A stretch of 64,000 bases of DNA. It comes from Ranitomeya imitator. Taxonomy: Eukaryota. Location of the stretch: assembly GCF_032444005.1 (NCBI RefSeq), contig NC_091285.1, positions 10,540,001 through 10,604,000 of the forward strand, given 5' to 3'. Positions 35,601-48,024 of the stretch are shown here, piece by piece (the first letter of the stretch is position 1; each line of letters opens with the position of its first letter). Under the pieces are notes generated by a model. That model did not search any database, had not been told where the DNA came from, and was given only the letters and a program-made list of their open reading frames with translations. A program made the translations under genes and the position numbers.

Positions 35601-36813
35601 GTCTCGCGCACAAACATGTCGTGGAGGGAGAGGTTGTGCCTGATGGAGTTCTATGGAGAAATACCCAGAGATGATCAGCAGAGGACGATCGGCCACCTCT
35701 ATTATTAACCCTTTCTTACCCCCTGACATCGTTACCTTCCAGCCGGGTTTGGCCACGTGTCTGAAGTAAGGGAAGTGGTCCTCGATCCACGTGTAGATGT
35801 CCTTCAGCGTCATCCTCTTGGTGGCCGTGCTGTTAATGGCAAACTGGATGAGGGCCATGTAGGAGTATGGCGGACGCTCGTACGGGATGACCCGCCACGA
35901 CTGCGGGGATGCAGGAACCGGAGGTTCTTCCTCCACCTGGGGGTGCTAGAGAGTGTCAGTCTTCTACATAAAATGAGAACAACTCCCCTCTGACCGGAAT
36001 ATCACCTTTACGGGGTCCCTCTCAGGGCAGCAGTCCTCCTCCTCCGCGGCGTCAGGTTTGGGGTCACGCGGTCCCAGACCGTCGGAGCTCATCTTCCCCA
36101 GCCAGTGTATGTTGGTCAGACTGTCATCCAGTTCCTGTCCCTCCACAGGAGGCGCTGACGAGACACAAGACGAAGCGATGTCTATGGGAACAGACATCAG
36201 ACGGGATCATCGTTATAATCTCCCCCTAGACTGATACACTGCAACAAAGCCTCAGCGAGCAGTATTTACCCTCCGTCTCCTCCTTCGGGGTGTGATGGAG
36301 AGAAGAAGCACCGGTGGCCTCCAGCTGTATGGTCTCGATTTCCTCCGCTTTGCTCTGGAGTCCCAGTCTCTCAACCTGAGAGTGGAGGGAGCTGTTACCG
36401 GTGAGGAGGATGAACTTGTTGGGGCCGCCGCTCTCCTTCCCCCGCACAGTCAGCGCCTGGATGATGCTCTCCACATCGGAGTCCGGGGGGATGATCACCA
36501 GCTGGGTGTCAGGGATGGTCGGGTGACCCATGATCTTCACCCCAGAGAGACTGGAGGACTCAGCAGGAGATCTGGGAGCAAAGGACGAGGCGGATCCTCT
36601 GCCGGCAGGGAGCGGATCAACTTCTGGACTCACTGGTTTGGGTTCATCCAGGTCTCTACTGCCCCCACAATCCGACTTATGATCCCCTATGACGCTGCTC
36701 ACGGTGGTCTGCCCCTGTGCAGGACTCCCTGCCCCTCCGACCCCATCCTGAACCGGAAGGTTGAGTCTCCGTCTTCTCAGTATCAGCGGCCTTCGGGGGC
36801 TCGACCTCATCAT
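32606..36813 (-). CDS. FOXM1: Forkhead box protein M1 (8 coding exons, 803 aa)
   Basis: Exons 36813-36270, 36154-36006, 35936-35736, 35650-35519, 34383-34348, 34187-34130, 34050-33881, 33727-32606; all GT-AG, total 2412 nt in frame. [18 protein letters not shown]-terminus, forkhead [17 protein letters not shown]...[33 protein letters not shown], and C-terminal [20 protein letters not shown]. Confidence 0.96.
33125..33484 (-). repeat. Coding 24-nt minisatellite (15 units, DGPS[Q/L]L[T/A][L/H]) in the FOXM1 last exon
   Basis: 360 nt of in-frame tandem units inside the terminal exon, immediately before GYSFKTP. Confidence 0.93.
34405..35480. repeat. 86-nt minisatellite in a FOXM1 intron
   Basis: CAGCAGAATAGTGAGTGCAGCTCT... 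units. The ORF track repeats every 86 nt. About 12 copies. Confidence 0.95.
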
Positions 36814-36964
36814 GTCGCTGCAGAAGTGGCAGCCATCAGGAAGCAGACCCTGCAAGAGGAGAAGGCGAGAGGTGTGAGGAAAAGACAGGAAAAGTGGAGA
36901 TGCTGGGAAGACAGACGAGAGGGGGAGATGCTGGAATAAGAGGGGAGAAAACGAGACGCCGGGG

Positions 36965-37420
36965 CGAGACGACGACAAGAGAGGGGGGAGGAGCCGCCGA
37001 CGACAAGAGAGGGGGGAGCCGACGACGACGAGAGAGGGGAGCCGACGACGACGAGAGAGGGGAGCCGACGACGACGAGAGAGGGGAGCCGACGACGACAA
37101 GAGAGGGGAGCCGACGACGACAAGAGAGGGGAGCTGACGACGACAAGAGAGGGGAGCTGACGACGAAAAGAGAGGGGAGGAGCTGACTACGACGACAACA
37201 AGAGAGGGGAGGAGCCGACGACAACAAGAGAGGGGAGGAGCCGACGACAACAAGAGAGGGGAGGAGCCGACGACGACGACGACAAGAGAGGGGAGCCGAC
37301 AACGACGACAAGAGAGGGGAGCCGACAACGACAAGAGAGGGGGGCCGACGACGACAAGAGAGGGGAGATGACGACGACAAGAGAGGGGAGATGACGACGA
37401 CGACAAGAGAGGGGAGCCGC
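36965..37420. repeat. Purine-rich GACGACAAGAGAGGGGAGCC repeat in FOXM1 intron 1
   Basis: Tandem 20-23-nt units. Confidence 0.9.
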
Positions 37421-37582
37421 TGGATACGGCATCGAGAGGGGAGTCAGAGATACAGTCCAGTATAGGAGTCACGAGACCACAGGCCTCAGGTTCTGGCTTC
37501 GCTCACTGTGCTGTACAGATACAGGACAGTGGACAGGGTTTTCTCTCCTGTCCTTGGTGTACAATCCTGCTCCAGCATTGTG

Positions 37583-39990
37583 ACGTATCAGTGATGGTGG
37601 GTCTTACACCGAGGCCCCGTGTGATGTATCAGTGATGATGGATCTTACACCGAGGCCCCGTGTGATGTATCAGTGATGATGGATCTTACACCGAGGCCCC
37701 GTGTGATGTATCAGTGATGATGGATCTTACACCGAGGCCCCGTGTGATGTATCAGTGATGGTGGATCTTACACCGAGGCCCCGTGTGATGTATCAGTGAT
37801 GATGGATCTTACACCGAGGCCCCGTGTGATGTATCAGTGATGATGGATCTTACACCGAGGCCCCGTGTGATGTATCAGTGATGATGGATCTTACACCGAG
37901 GCCCCGTGTGATGTATCAGTGATGATGGATCTTACACCGAGGCTCCGTGTGACGTATCAGTGATGATGGATCTTACACCGAGGCCCCGTGTGATGTATCA
38001 GTGATGGTGGATCTTACACCGAGGCCCCGTGTGATGTATCAGTGATGGTGGATCTTACACCGAGGCCCCGTGTGATGTATCAGTGATGATGGATCTTACA
38101 CCGAGGCTCCGTGTGACGTATCAGTGATGATGGATCTTACACCGAGGCCCCGTGTGATGTATCAGTGATGGTGGATCTTACACCGAGGCCCCGTGTGATG
38201 TATCAGTGATGGTGGATCTTACACCGAGGCCCCGTGTGATGTATCAGTGATGGTGGATCTTACACCGAGGCCCCGTGTGATGTATCAGTGATGATGGATC
38301 TTACACCGAGGCCCCGTGTGATGTATCAGTGATGATGGATCTTACACCGAGGCCCCGTGTGATGTATCAGTGATGGTGGATCTTACACCGAGGCTCCGTG
38401 TGATGTATCAGTGATGGTGGATCTTACACCGAGGCTCCGTGTGACGTATCAGTGATGATGGATCTTACACCGAGGCTCCGTGTGACGTATCAGTGATGAT
38501 GGATCTTACACCGAGGCCCCGTGTGATGTATCAGTGATGGTGGATCTTACACCGAGGCCCCGTGTGATGTATCAGTGATGGTGGATCTTACACCGAGGCC
38601 CCGTGTGATGTATCAGTGATGGTGGATCTTACACCGAGGCCCCGTGTGATGTATCAGTGATGATGGATCTTACACCGAGGCCCCGTGTGATGTATCAGTG
38701 ATGATGGATCTTACACCGAGGCCCCGTGTGATGTATCAGTGATGGTGGATCTTACACCGAGGTTCCGTGTGATGTATCAGTGATGATGGATCTTACACCG
38801 AGGTTCCGTGTGATGTATCAGTGATGATGGATCTTACACCGAGGCCCCGTGTGATGTATCAGTGATGATGGATCTTACACCGAGGTTCCGTGTGATGTAT
38901 CAGTGATGATGGATCTTACACCGAGGCCCCGTGTGATGTATCAGTGATGGTGGATCTTACACCGAGGCCCCGTGTGATGTATCAGTGATGGTGGATCTTA
39001 CACCGAGGTTCCGTGTGATGTATCAGTGATGATGGATCTTACACCGAGGTTCCGTGTGATGTATCAGTGATGATGGATCTTACACCGAGGCCCCGTGTGA
39101 TGTATCAGTGATGGTGGATCTTACACCGAGGCCCCGTGTGATGTATCAGTGATGGTGGATCTTACACCGAGGTTCCGTGTGATGTATCAGTGATGGTGGA
39201 TCTTACACCGAGGCCCCGTGTGATGTATCAGTGATGATGGATCTTACACCGAGGCCCCGTGTGATGTATCAGTGATGATGGATCTTACACCGAGGCTCCG
39301 TGTGATGTATCAGTGATGGTGGATCTTACACCGAGGCTCCGTGTGATGTATCAGTGATGGTAGATCTTACACCGAGGCTCCGTGTGATGTATCAGTGATG
39401 GTGGATCTTACACCGAGGTTCCGTGTGATGTATCAGTGATGGTGGATCTTACACCGAGGCCCCGTGTGATGTATCAGTGATGATGGATCTTACACCGAGG
39501 CCCCGTGTGATGTATCAGTGATGATGGATCTTACACCGAGGCTCCGTGTGATGTATCAGTGATGGTGGATCTTACACCGAGGCTCCGTGTGATGTATCAG
39601 TGATGATGGATCTTACACCGAGGCCCCGTGTGATGTATCAGTGATGATGGATCTTACACCGAGGTTCCGTGTGATGTATCAGTGATGATGGATCTTACAC
39701 CGAGGTTCCGTGTGATGTATCAGTGATGGTGGATCTTACACTGAGGCCCCGTGTGATGTATCAGTGATGATGGATCTTACACCGAGGCCCCGTGTGATGT
39801 ATCAGTGATGATGGATCTTACACCGAGGCCCCGTGTGATGTATCAGTGATGATGGATCTTACACCGAGGCCCCGTGTGATGTATCAGTGATGATGGATCT
39901 TACACCGAGGCCCCGTGTGATGTATCAGTGATGATGGATCTTACACCGAGGCCCCGTGTGATGTATCAGTGATGATGGATCTTACACTGA
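37583..39990. repeat. 41-nt minisatellite, ~59 highly homogeneous copies, in FOXM1 intron 1
   Basis: GTGTGATGTATCAGTGATGATGGATCTTACACCGAGGCCCC, with only a few variable positions. Confidence 0.97.
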
Positions 39991-40199
39991 GGCTCTGCAC
40001 GGTGCGGTGATTATTTTCTCGCAGTCAGAACACAGCAGAGAAGGAATCCGCAGATCTGCACCGTTACATAGAATAACATTGCACTCGTCTGTCAGCAGCG
40101 GTCACTGGCCGGTGATTGTCAGCAGCGGTCTCAGGCCGGTGACTGTCAGAAGCGGTCACTGTGGGGGATATGAGGGGAAGGATTTGTTTGGCAGCAGGC

Positions 40200-40720
40200 G
40201 CCTGTACTTGGCCACAAGGTGGCGCACGAGTCCGCAGTGCGGCGGGTCTGACATCTTATTGCCGCAGGATGTGACATGATGGGAGTTGTAGTGGGTCTAG
40301 TCCTCTGTTACCTCACTGCGGGCACCACAGCTCCCAGCATGCCCCGGGGACTGCAGAGCAGGGCACGCTGGGACATCATGTTCCGGCACAGCAGCCGCCC
40401 GGGGCTGTCATGTCTGCCCACACCGCACACCCCTGTCACCCCGTACCGCTCAGCTGTCGCTTTCTTTCCCCGCTGGCTCCGACGCTTCCTTCTATCGCCT
40501 CCTGCAGCGGTTTGAATTTGCGCGCTTTGCGGCACGTCGCGTCACATGACCGATCTCATCCAATGGTTTTCCGGCTGCGCTTTGCGTCATCTCCTTTGCA
40601 GCCTACAGGAAGCCGCCGCTGAACGAGCCAATCAGGGCGGTTGGCCAATCAGCGGCGAGTGTCGTAGTGTGCGGCCAATGAGAGGGCGCGGATCTGGAGG
40701 AGACCGGGAGATTCAGGTGA
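40200..40720. promoter_or_regulatory. FOXM1/RHNO1 bidirectional CpG-island promoter
   Basis: CHR TTTGAA at 40511-40516 next to an E2F-like TTTGCGCGC. CCAAT boxes at 40628, 40645 and 40675. ZNF143-type ACTACAACTCCCA (minus strand, 40292-40280). CTCF-like TGGCCACAAGGTGGCGCA at 40209-40226. Candidate non-coding exon donors at 40312 (-) and 40716 (+). Confidence 0.8.
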
Positions 40721-41310
40721 TGAGGGCGGCGGAGCCGGTCAGTCCGGTCCGTGCCGGCAGCTGGATGCAGCGGCGGACCCTTCTCCTGTCAGATTTTGTT
40801 TACTTCTTCACGTTATGGTTTGTTTTTTGCGAGCAGTTTAATACGCGGTAATTCTGGCGGTTTATTTATCTTTCTTGCTGTCAGGTAACCCGTACCTTTC
40901 CGTCTGACAGCCAGAACAAACCCCTCTATCAAGGTTCTTAAAGGGGATGTCTAGAATTGCACGATCCCTTTAATGGCCTAGTAAAATAATCCTTGTGCTT
41001 TTTTTTTTTTTTAATGTGTTTCATGAAACTTTTGCTCCTCTATGTTGTCAGCGCTGCAGCCAATCACTGATAATATTAGCAGGAGCCATATAGATTGGCT
41101 GCAGCGCTGTCTGCAGAGACTGTTCTGGACCTGGGGAGGGTGGCGGAGGGATGATTTGTCGGTTCCTCTGTTGTTTCTGGTCCAGCGATTTCGTGCTGTG
41201 ACCCGGTGGCCTCCGCTGATCACGTCTCGTTCTGTTCCTTCCAGACCCCCGGGTGACTCCTCCGCGCCCCTCCACCATGTGGTTCTCTCTCCCGTGGCCT
41301 CTCTGCGCTG

Positions 41311-42175
41311 ATGCCGCCCAAGAAACGCAGCGCCTGTAACCCGCGGAAGCCTCGCCTGCTCTTCCTGGAGACCCCGCAGGACGGTGCGGTCCACGAGTAC
41401 GGGGCGGCTCCCACCAAAGCCGAGAAACCCAAATATGTCCCCAGCAGACCCCCCGATCACAACTCCTCCACGTCCTGGGTAACGGGGGATGGGGGAGTCG
41501 TCGTGGGCATCGTGTAGTACTGTGTTTCCCCTGTGGAGGCGCTGCAGGGAAATCCCATACATTAGAGCTGACCCCATTACGGGGCGTCTGACGGTCTCTT
41601 CTCTTTCGCAGGTTTCCCCGCAGTTCGATCAGGGATCACAGCTGCACTTTCCTCGTCGCCGCCGCCGCCATGTCTCCAACAGCAGCAGCTCCGCCGCACA
41701 CAGCCGCGCCGGGGACGTGAACCAGAGCCGGCTCCGAGCTGCGGGGAGGAAGCCGAGCGTCTGCAGATTCCCTCCGCTACCATTCTCCACTGCTGAGATT
41801 CTAGAGACTCCGCCAGTCGGCTCCACGAGGAGGAGGACGGAGCACAATGTGCCCACGGCGGTGCCCACCTCTCTGCCCGGCCCGGAGGGGCACAACTGCA
41901 GTAGAATCCCCAGCCCCCCGGACATACGGACCCCAGAGACGAGCCCTAATCGAAACTCCCTGCTTTCCACCTGCGCAGCAGAGACTCCGCTGATCAGGAG
42001 ACGGGCAGGAGCTCCTGACACACCGCCGGCGGCCGGGCCGGGGCAGATCCTGGCGGAGGACACCCCGGAGCATGAATACGGCCTGCGCCTCACCTGGAGG
42101 AGGAGGCAGGGACTGATGACATTCCTGAAATCACGGGGAAGGCTGAAGAGCAGCCAGATCCTGGTGAAGCCCTGA
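41311..42175 (+). CDS. RHNO1: RAD9-HUS1-RAD1 interacting nuclear orphan 1 (RHINO), 243 aa
   Basis: Exons 41311-41478 and 41612-42175 (GT-AG, phase 0). MPPKKR...PRLLF...TSW|VSPQFD, KPSVCRFPPLPF and C-terminal EDTPEHEYGLRLTWRRRQGLMTFLKSRGRLKSSQILVK. AATAAA near 42205. Head-to-head with FOXM1. Confidence 0.93.
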
Positions 42176-44404
42176 GCCCTCGCTGCACTTTACTGTATCA
42201 CTGTGAATAAAGGCAAAAACTGAAAAACACTGCAAGTATCAATCTCTTGCCTGTACAGTGGAGTCGGAGCGCGCGTCGGGGGGGGGGGGGGGGGGCTGTG
42301 GTGTCGGAGCACGCGTCGGGGGGGGGGGGGGGGGCTGTGGTGTCGGAGCACGCGTCTGGGGGGCTGTGGTGTCGGAGCACGCGTCGGGGGGGGGGGAGGG
42401 GGCTGTGTTGTCGGAGCACGTGTCTGGGCCTGTGGTGATGGAGCACCCAGGAGTTGCATGTTTAACCCCTTTCTGCTGCGGCTGTCTGTAGTTTCTGCAC
42501 ATTTGTTTATTCCACGTACAATACCTGATTCCCGTCCTGCGGCCATCGCTGTGCAGCCGTCATCAGCGGGACGAGGGGCAGTGTTGACTCATGTTACTAT
42601 AAAATGTTCTGGGAAATGAGGAAAAATCCCAAATCTGGCAAGAAGGAAAAAAAATCCACTATTCTGCTATTTTGTTTTCTTCCTACAAAGTTCATTGTGC
42701 GGTAATAATGGTAACTCTTTCATTACCCTGCGGATGGCGCTGTGTGAGGCGCACAATATAGGGGGCTGCTGATTATATTGGGGACATGATAACTCTTTGA
42801 TCGCTTCATGGAAAGCGGCTCTGGGGGCTTCTTATATGGTTGCGGCGATAATAAATGTATTAACTGTTGTTCTAATTTCTTTTGAATGACTTTCTCTTGC
42901 TCGCTCTTTTTCCTTTGGAGACATTGGACGGTTTGTGTATAACCTATAACCGGTGCGTGTTTTCAGAAGTGGCAGAGGTCATTATACGGCAGTACTGAGC
43001 AGTGCAGCTGTGACTCCATCTCTGTGGTGAGAGGAATCACTAGAAGCAGCCGGATTGGTCTGCGCCTATCTCTTCGCTTCCCCCTTCTCCCATAACCTTC
43101 AATAGGCAGCTGTAAGCTGATCCCTCAGTGATCCGGCAGTCGGCCTTGTGCTGAGCGCGGTGTATATAATCTGGTCATCGAAATGAACAGCGAGTTTAGA
43201 GGAAGAAGCGGCTGAGAGTGGAGAAAGCGGCAGAGTTCTGTGATGTGGAATTACAGTTTGTCGTGGTTACTCTCACAAATCTTCATCCATGATGAGTTCC
43301 AGATACTATTTTTTGGGGGCTTTCCTTTCAATAAAGCATGTCCTGTATGGGGTCTCGGCATATTACACTATTCCCTGGGGGGTCTCTGTATGTTCCACTT
43401 TATCCCGGGGTCTCTGTATAGACCCTTCACCTGTGAGAGACGGAATCTAACAATAATCCCGAGAATCACATTGTAGAATGTTTATATAATTTATTTGCAT
43501 TTTATTGCAGGAAAAAAGTATTTGATACAATCGATAAACAGAACTTAACCCCTTCACCCCCAGCCTGTTTTCACCTTCCTGACCACTGTCACTTTATCAG
43601 GTCATAACTCTGGAGCTTCAATTTTCTCGTGACCTATTGTTCTTCATGTTCGTGGTAACATTTCTTTGATTTGTTTGTGGGAAAAAAAAAATGGAAATTT
43701 TACAAAAAGTTAATTTTTTGCAACTTTCAAACTTTGAATTCTCATGCCCTTAAATCACAGAGATATGTCACACAAAATAATCAATAAGTAACATTTCCCA
43801 CATGTCTACTTTACATCAGCACAATTTTTGAAACATATTTTATTGTTAGGACGTTATAAGGGTTAAAAGTTGACCAGCAATTTCTCATTTTTCCTGCAAA
43901 ATTTACCAAACCAATTTTTTTAGGGACCTCATCACATTTGAAGTCACTTTGAGGGGTCTATATAACAGAAAATACCCCGAAATGACACCATCCTAAAAGC
44001 TGCACCCCTCAAGGTCCCCAAAACCACATTCAATAAGTATATTAAGCCTTCAGGGGCTTCACAGGAATTTTTGGAACGTGGAAGGAAAAAATGAACATTT
44101 AACTTTTTTCACAAAAATTTCACTTTAGACCCAATTTTTAAAAAAAATTCACAAGAATGACAGTAAAAAATGGACCCCAAAATGTGTTGTGCGATTTCTT
44201 GTGAGCATGCTGATACCCCATATGTGGGAGGAAAACTTCATCAACGGAGCCCCTAAATGCTAGAAAAGGAGAATCCCCCCTCAAGTGGCCCCATTTTGGA
44301 AATTACACCCCTTTGGGAATTTATCTACAGGTGTAGTGATGATTTTGACTCCATAGGTGTTTTCCAGAAACAGTCAGCAGTGGATGTTGCTGAGTGAAAA
44401 TTGC

Positions 44405-44615
44405 AAACTGCCGTTGTCGTGGCCAGTAGGATGTCGTGGCCAGTAGGATGTCGTGGCCAGTACGTTGTAGTGACCAGTACGCTGTAGTGACCAGTACGTT
44501 GTCGTGACCAGTAGGATGTCGTGGCCAGTACATTGTAGTGACCAGTACGCTGTAGTGACCAGTACGTTGTCGTGACCAGTAGGATGTCGTGGCCAGTACG
44601 TTGTCGTGACCAGTT
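44405..44615. repeat. 17-20-nt tandem repeat (GTCGTGGCCAGTAGGAT / GTAGTGACCAGTACGCT)
   Basis: Visible tandem units. Confidence 0.85.
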
Positions 44616-45041
44616 CCTGTTTCTGGAGACGCGCACCCGTAAGTTAGGCGGGCTCTCATCACTACAGAAATGACAAACATGGGGACACTAAATGTAGTTT
44701 AGGCGCTACACGGAGCAGTTACTTTGGGGTTTCCATCTAAATCTCCGAGTGATGTGATAGACGAAACCCCTGATGGATCCATTCACTAGAATGAGGCAGC
44801 AGAGTTACTCTGGACTCCGTCTGGCCTCTGTTCAGCGCAGGAAGTATATGCAGTCCGCAGACTATTCTAGGATAATCTGTGTTCCAGGAGGCAAATAGCG
44901 CTCCGTGCCTCCCGAGTCTCTCCATATGGCTAAGTAGCACTGTATAGCCACATACGGGGTATTGTCACGTTCAGTAGAAATTGTGGGACAAATTTTGATG
45001 CCATTTGTACCCAATTGTTGAGTGAAAATGTAAAATCTGGG

Positions 45042-46417
45042 TGTCAGGAAATAGGAAGAAGCTTTGATTGCTTCAATTACACATACAGAGCTCTCAGCTG
45101 CAGTTTCCTTTGCCTGCCAGCACAAGGCTGGAATTGTAAGCCTCTTCCTCCCTCCCCCCTGCTATATAGCTGTAATGTGAGACCAGCGTGCCAGCAACAT
45201 TCACTGAAATCGCCGAGGAATTTCTATGGCTTTTTGCTGGGAAAGCCAGTCTTCTCCCTAAACCCCTCATCCCCCCCCCCCCCCCACACACACACACACC
45301 AGATTCCAGCTATAACTGGTACAGCAACATTCAAACCACATGGGACTCTTTTGTTCTTGAAAAGTTATGTATATTGGCACCAATCAGGGATAGAGATATA
45401 AGGGTTACATGTTCCGAATGTCCACCGAGAAATCTATAACTCGCTGAAATCACTATAATCTAAACCCACGAAATGCAACAAATGGATTTCTCCATAAGCC
45501 TGGTCATATATCTGTGCCATGTTTATACTTAAAAGAACCTCCCTGACGTGGTGAGCATCATGATCATTGTGTCGTTCTTCTACGAGGTTCATACAGCGAG
45601 TTATGTGTAGAAATGGCTTGTCATAACTCTAAGAAAGGGGAGTATTCAGCCTCTGGGTGAGGTCACCACAGGGGGAGGGCCTTGATTTTGGGCAGGGAGA
45701 TAAGTGAGTGAGACATCAGCCTTCACTAGTCTTTTGTCCTGGGTCTAGCTGCGAGACCGATCTGTAATGCATCAGGATGTATGACCAGCCCCACACCACA
45801 TGGCCAGCCATGAGATTAAATGACATAACGCAATGTAAGTGTTCTCTTCAACTTTAATCCCATTTTATTTGTAATTGTACTGTACATACAATACTTGTCG
45901 TCTTTTATAATATCTTTTTATACTTCAGTAAACGCTGCCTACCTTTTTGGAGTAAAATAACATTACTAGCTTTGCTTCTCCTTGCTCTATAACGAACTGT
46001 CATGTCCTCTGATGTGAATTACGCTACTAATCTGGGTTGGCTCCTGTCCCATTATTAAGAAATCAGAGCTGGTGGCAGCAGATTTGTCCTGTGCGTTTGG
46101 GAGACCTTGTAGCGACGGAAGGCATTGATAATTACTGTTCCTACCTGAGTGGGAGTAGTTATATCGCCCTCGCTGCAGCGTGCCCATTAGCCAGTACAAA
46201 GTAAGGCAGCCTTTCTGGCGACTAATTATCCTAGGTGCAGCACCCTGTCTGACCTGAGGGTGAAGGGGGCGCCAGAGAGCTGCAAGTTCCAAACCGGAAG
46301 TGGGATATAGATAAATCCTCTTCAGAAGGAACCAGGAGCAACCAAACAACCCCGGGTCATGACACATTGGTGTCAGCGGTGGGGATGATAAAGATATCCT
46401 CCCTGGGATCCGTGACA
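45042..46417 (+). mobile_element. Solo LTR (Gypsy family related to the element at 62352)
   Basis: TGTCA...TGACA ends with CTGGG TSD (45037-45041 and 46418-46422). The 3' half resembles about 62430-62994. Confidence 0.8.
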
Positions 46418-46576
46418 CTGGGGCTAAAACAAATTTTTGTGTGGTAAAATGTTATCTTGTCTTCACTGCCCAATGGTGTAACATTCTGTGACACACCTGT
46501 GGTGTCCATATGATCACTGCACCCCTAGAGTTCATTGAGAGGTGTATTTTGTAAAATGGGGTCACTTATGGGGGGT

Positions 46577-47333
46577 CCCTCTTACCAAACTCTCCCCGCT
46601 CCAATCTGTCCTGAATGCTGCTGCCAGGATCATATTCCTCACCAACCGTTACACCGATGCCTCTACCTTGTGCCAGTCATTACACTGGTTACCCATCCAC
46701 GCAAGAATCCAGTACAAAACTACTACCCTCATCCACAAAGCACTCCATGGCTCAGCACCACCCTACATCTCCTCTCTGGTCTCAGTCTACCACCCTACCC
46801 GTGCCCTTCGCTCCGCTGATGACCTCAGGTTAGCATCCTCAATAATCAGAACCTCCCACTCCCGGCTCCAAGACTTTACACGTGCTGCGCCGATTCTTTG
46901 GAATGCACTACCTAGGTTAATACGATTAATCCCCAATCCCCACAGTTTTAAGCGTGCCCTAAAAACTCATTTGTTCAGACTGGCCTACCGCCTCAATGCA
47001 TTAACCTAACGATCCCTGTGTGGCCTATATTAAAAAAAAAAAAAAAAAATTAATTAACTGTTCATGCAGCTTTACATGAACACCCAAGCCTTACACTATG
47101 GCCGGTCCGAATAACTAAAGCAATTGTTACCATCCACCTCTCGTGTCTCCCCTTTTCCTCATAGTTTGTAGCTTGCGAGCAGGGCCCTCACTACTCCTGG
47201 TATCTGTTTTGAAATGTATTACTGTTATGCTGTAATGTCTATTGTATGTACAAGTCCCCTCTATAATTTGTAAAGCGCTGCGGAATATGTTGGCGCTATA
47301 TAAATAAAAATTATTATTATTATTATATTATTA
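46577..47333 (+). mobile_element. L2 LINE 3' fragment
   Basis: Stop-free LQSVLNAAARIIF...LHWLPIHARIQYK...DFTRAAPILWNALP...FKRALKTHLFRLAY, then a 3' UTR ending GTAAAGCGCTGCGGAATATGTTGGCGCTATATAAATAAA(ATT)n. Confidence 0.9.
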
Positions 47334-47739
47334 TAATCCTGTATTTCAGAGACGGAGCTGTATGGCGGCTTCTTTTTTGCGGGACAAGTTGACGCTTTCA
47401 GAGATACCATTTCTATTTGCCTTTTTGACCACACCTTAGCCCCTTATTGACGTCGGAAGGGATAGTACATCTGAGGTCAGAACCCCCAGTTTCATGTGGA
47501 CTCTGGTGGAGAGCCCACCTCAAAGCTGCGACATGTCAGCTGCTTTGAACAGCTGACATGTGCCGGCAATAGGTGCGGATGGAATCGCGATTAAAAAAGT
47601 TATGGCTCTGGCGGCCATGCTGGGTTTTGATATGAGAGACTTGTGCGAGCTTCTTGCATTGCGCTCGTAGTGTGACCGCGGCCTTATAGAGCCGCTCCTT
47701 AGCTGCCCCGCCTCTGTGTTTTCATGGTGGAAGCCTCAG

Positions 47740-48015
47740 CCATGATCCATCTTTACTGCTCTTACTGAGGGAAGGAGGTTGTTGGCCAAAATCTCCCGAT
47801 ACATGACCACATCCATCCTCCCTTCAATACAGTGCGGACTTCATGTCCCCTTTGCAGAAAAGCACCCCCAAAGTGTGATGCTTCCCCCACCATGCTTCAT
47901 GGTTGGGATGGTGTTCTTGGGGTTGTGCTCATCCTTCGTCTTCCTCCAAACATGGCGAGTGGAGTTGATACCAAAAAGTTTTATTTGGTCTCATCTGATC
48001 ATATGAACTTCTCCC
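47740..48015 (-). mobile_element. Tc1 transposase fragment
   Basis: The minus strand encodes the SDETK...HGGGSI...GCFSAKG...LLPSVRA-type DDE region, homologous to 18130-18300. Confidence 0.8.
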
Positions 48016-48024
48016 ATGTCTCCT

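Larger units (their letters stand above)
43549..47640. mobile_element. Probable piggyBac-derived non-autonomous element relic hosting nested insertions
   Basis: Starts TTAA|CCCCTT. Host sequence resumes on both sides of the solo LTR and the L2 fragment. Right terminus not found. Confidence 0.45.

Noticed and set aside
36814-37380. 189-codon in-frame N-terminal extension of the FOXM1 ORF
   Set aside because: Lies in an intron-1 repeat upstream of a good acceptor (36849). The conserved FOXM1 start is at 36813/36810.
37583-39990. CRISPR-like regular array
   Set aside because: Head-to-tail 41-nt units with no unique spacers, in a vertebrate intron, and no cas genes.
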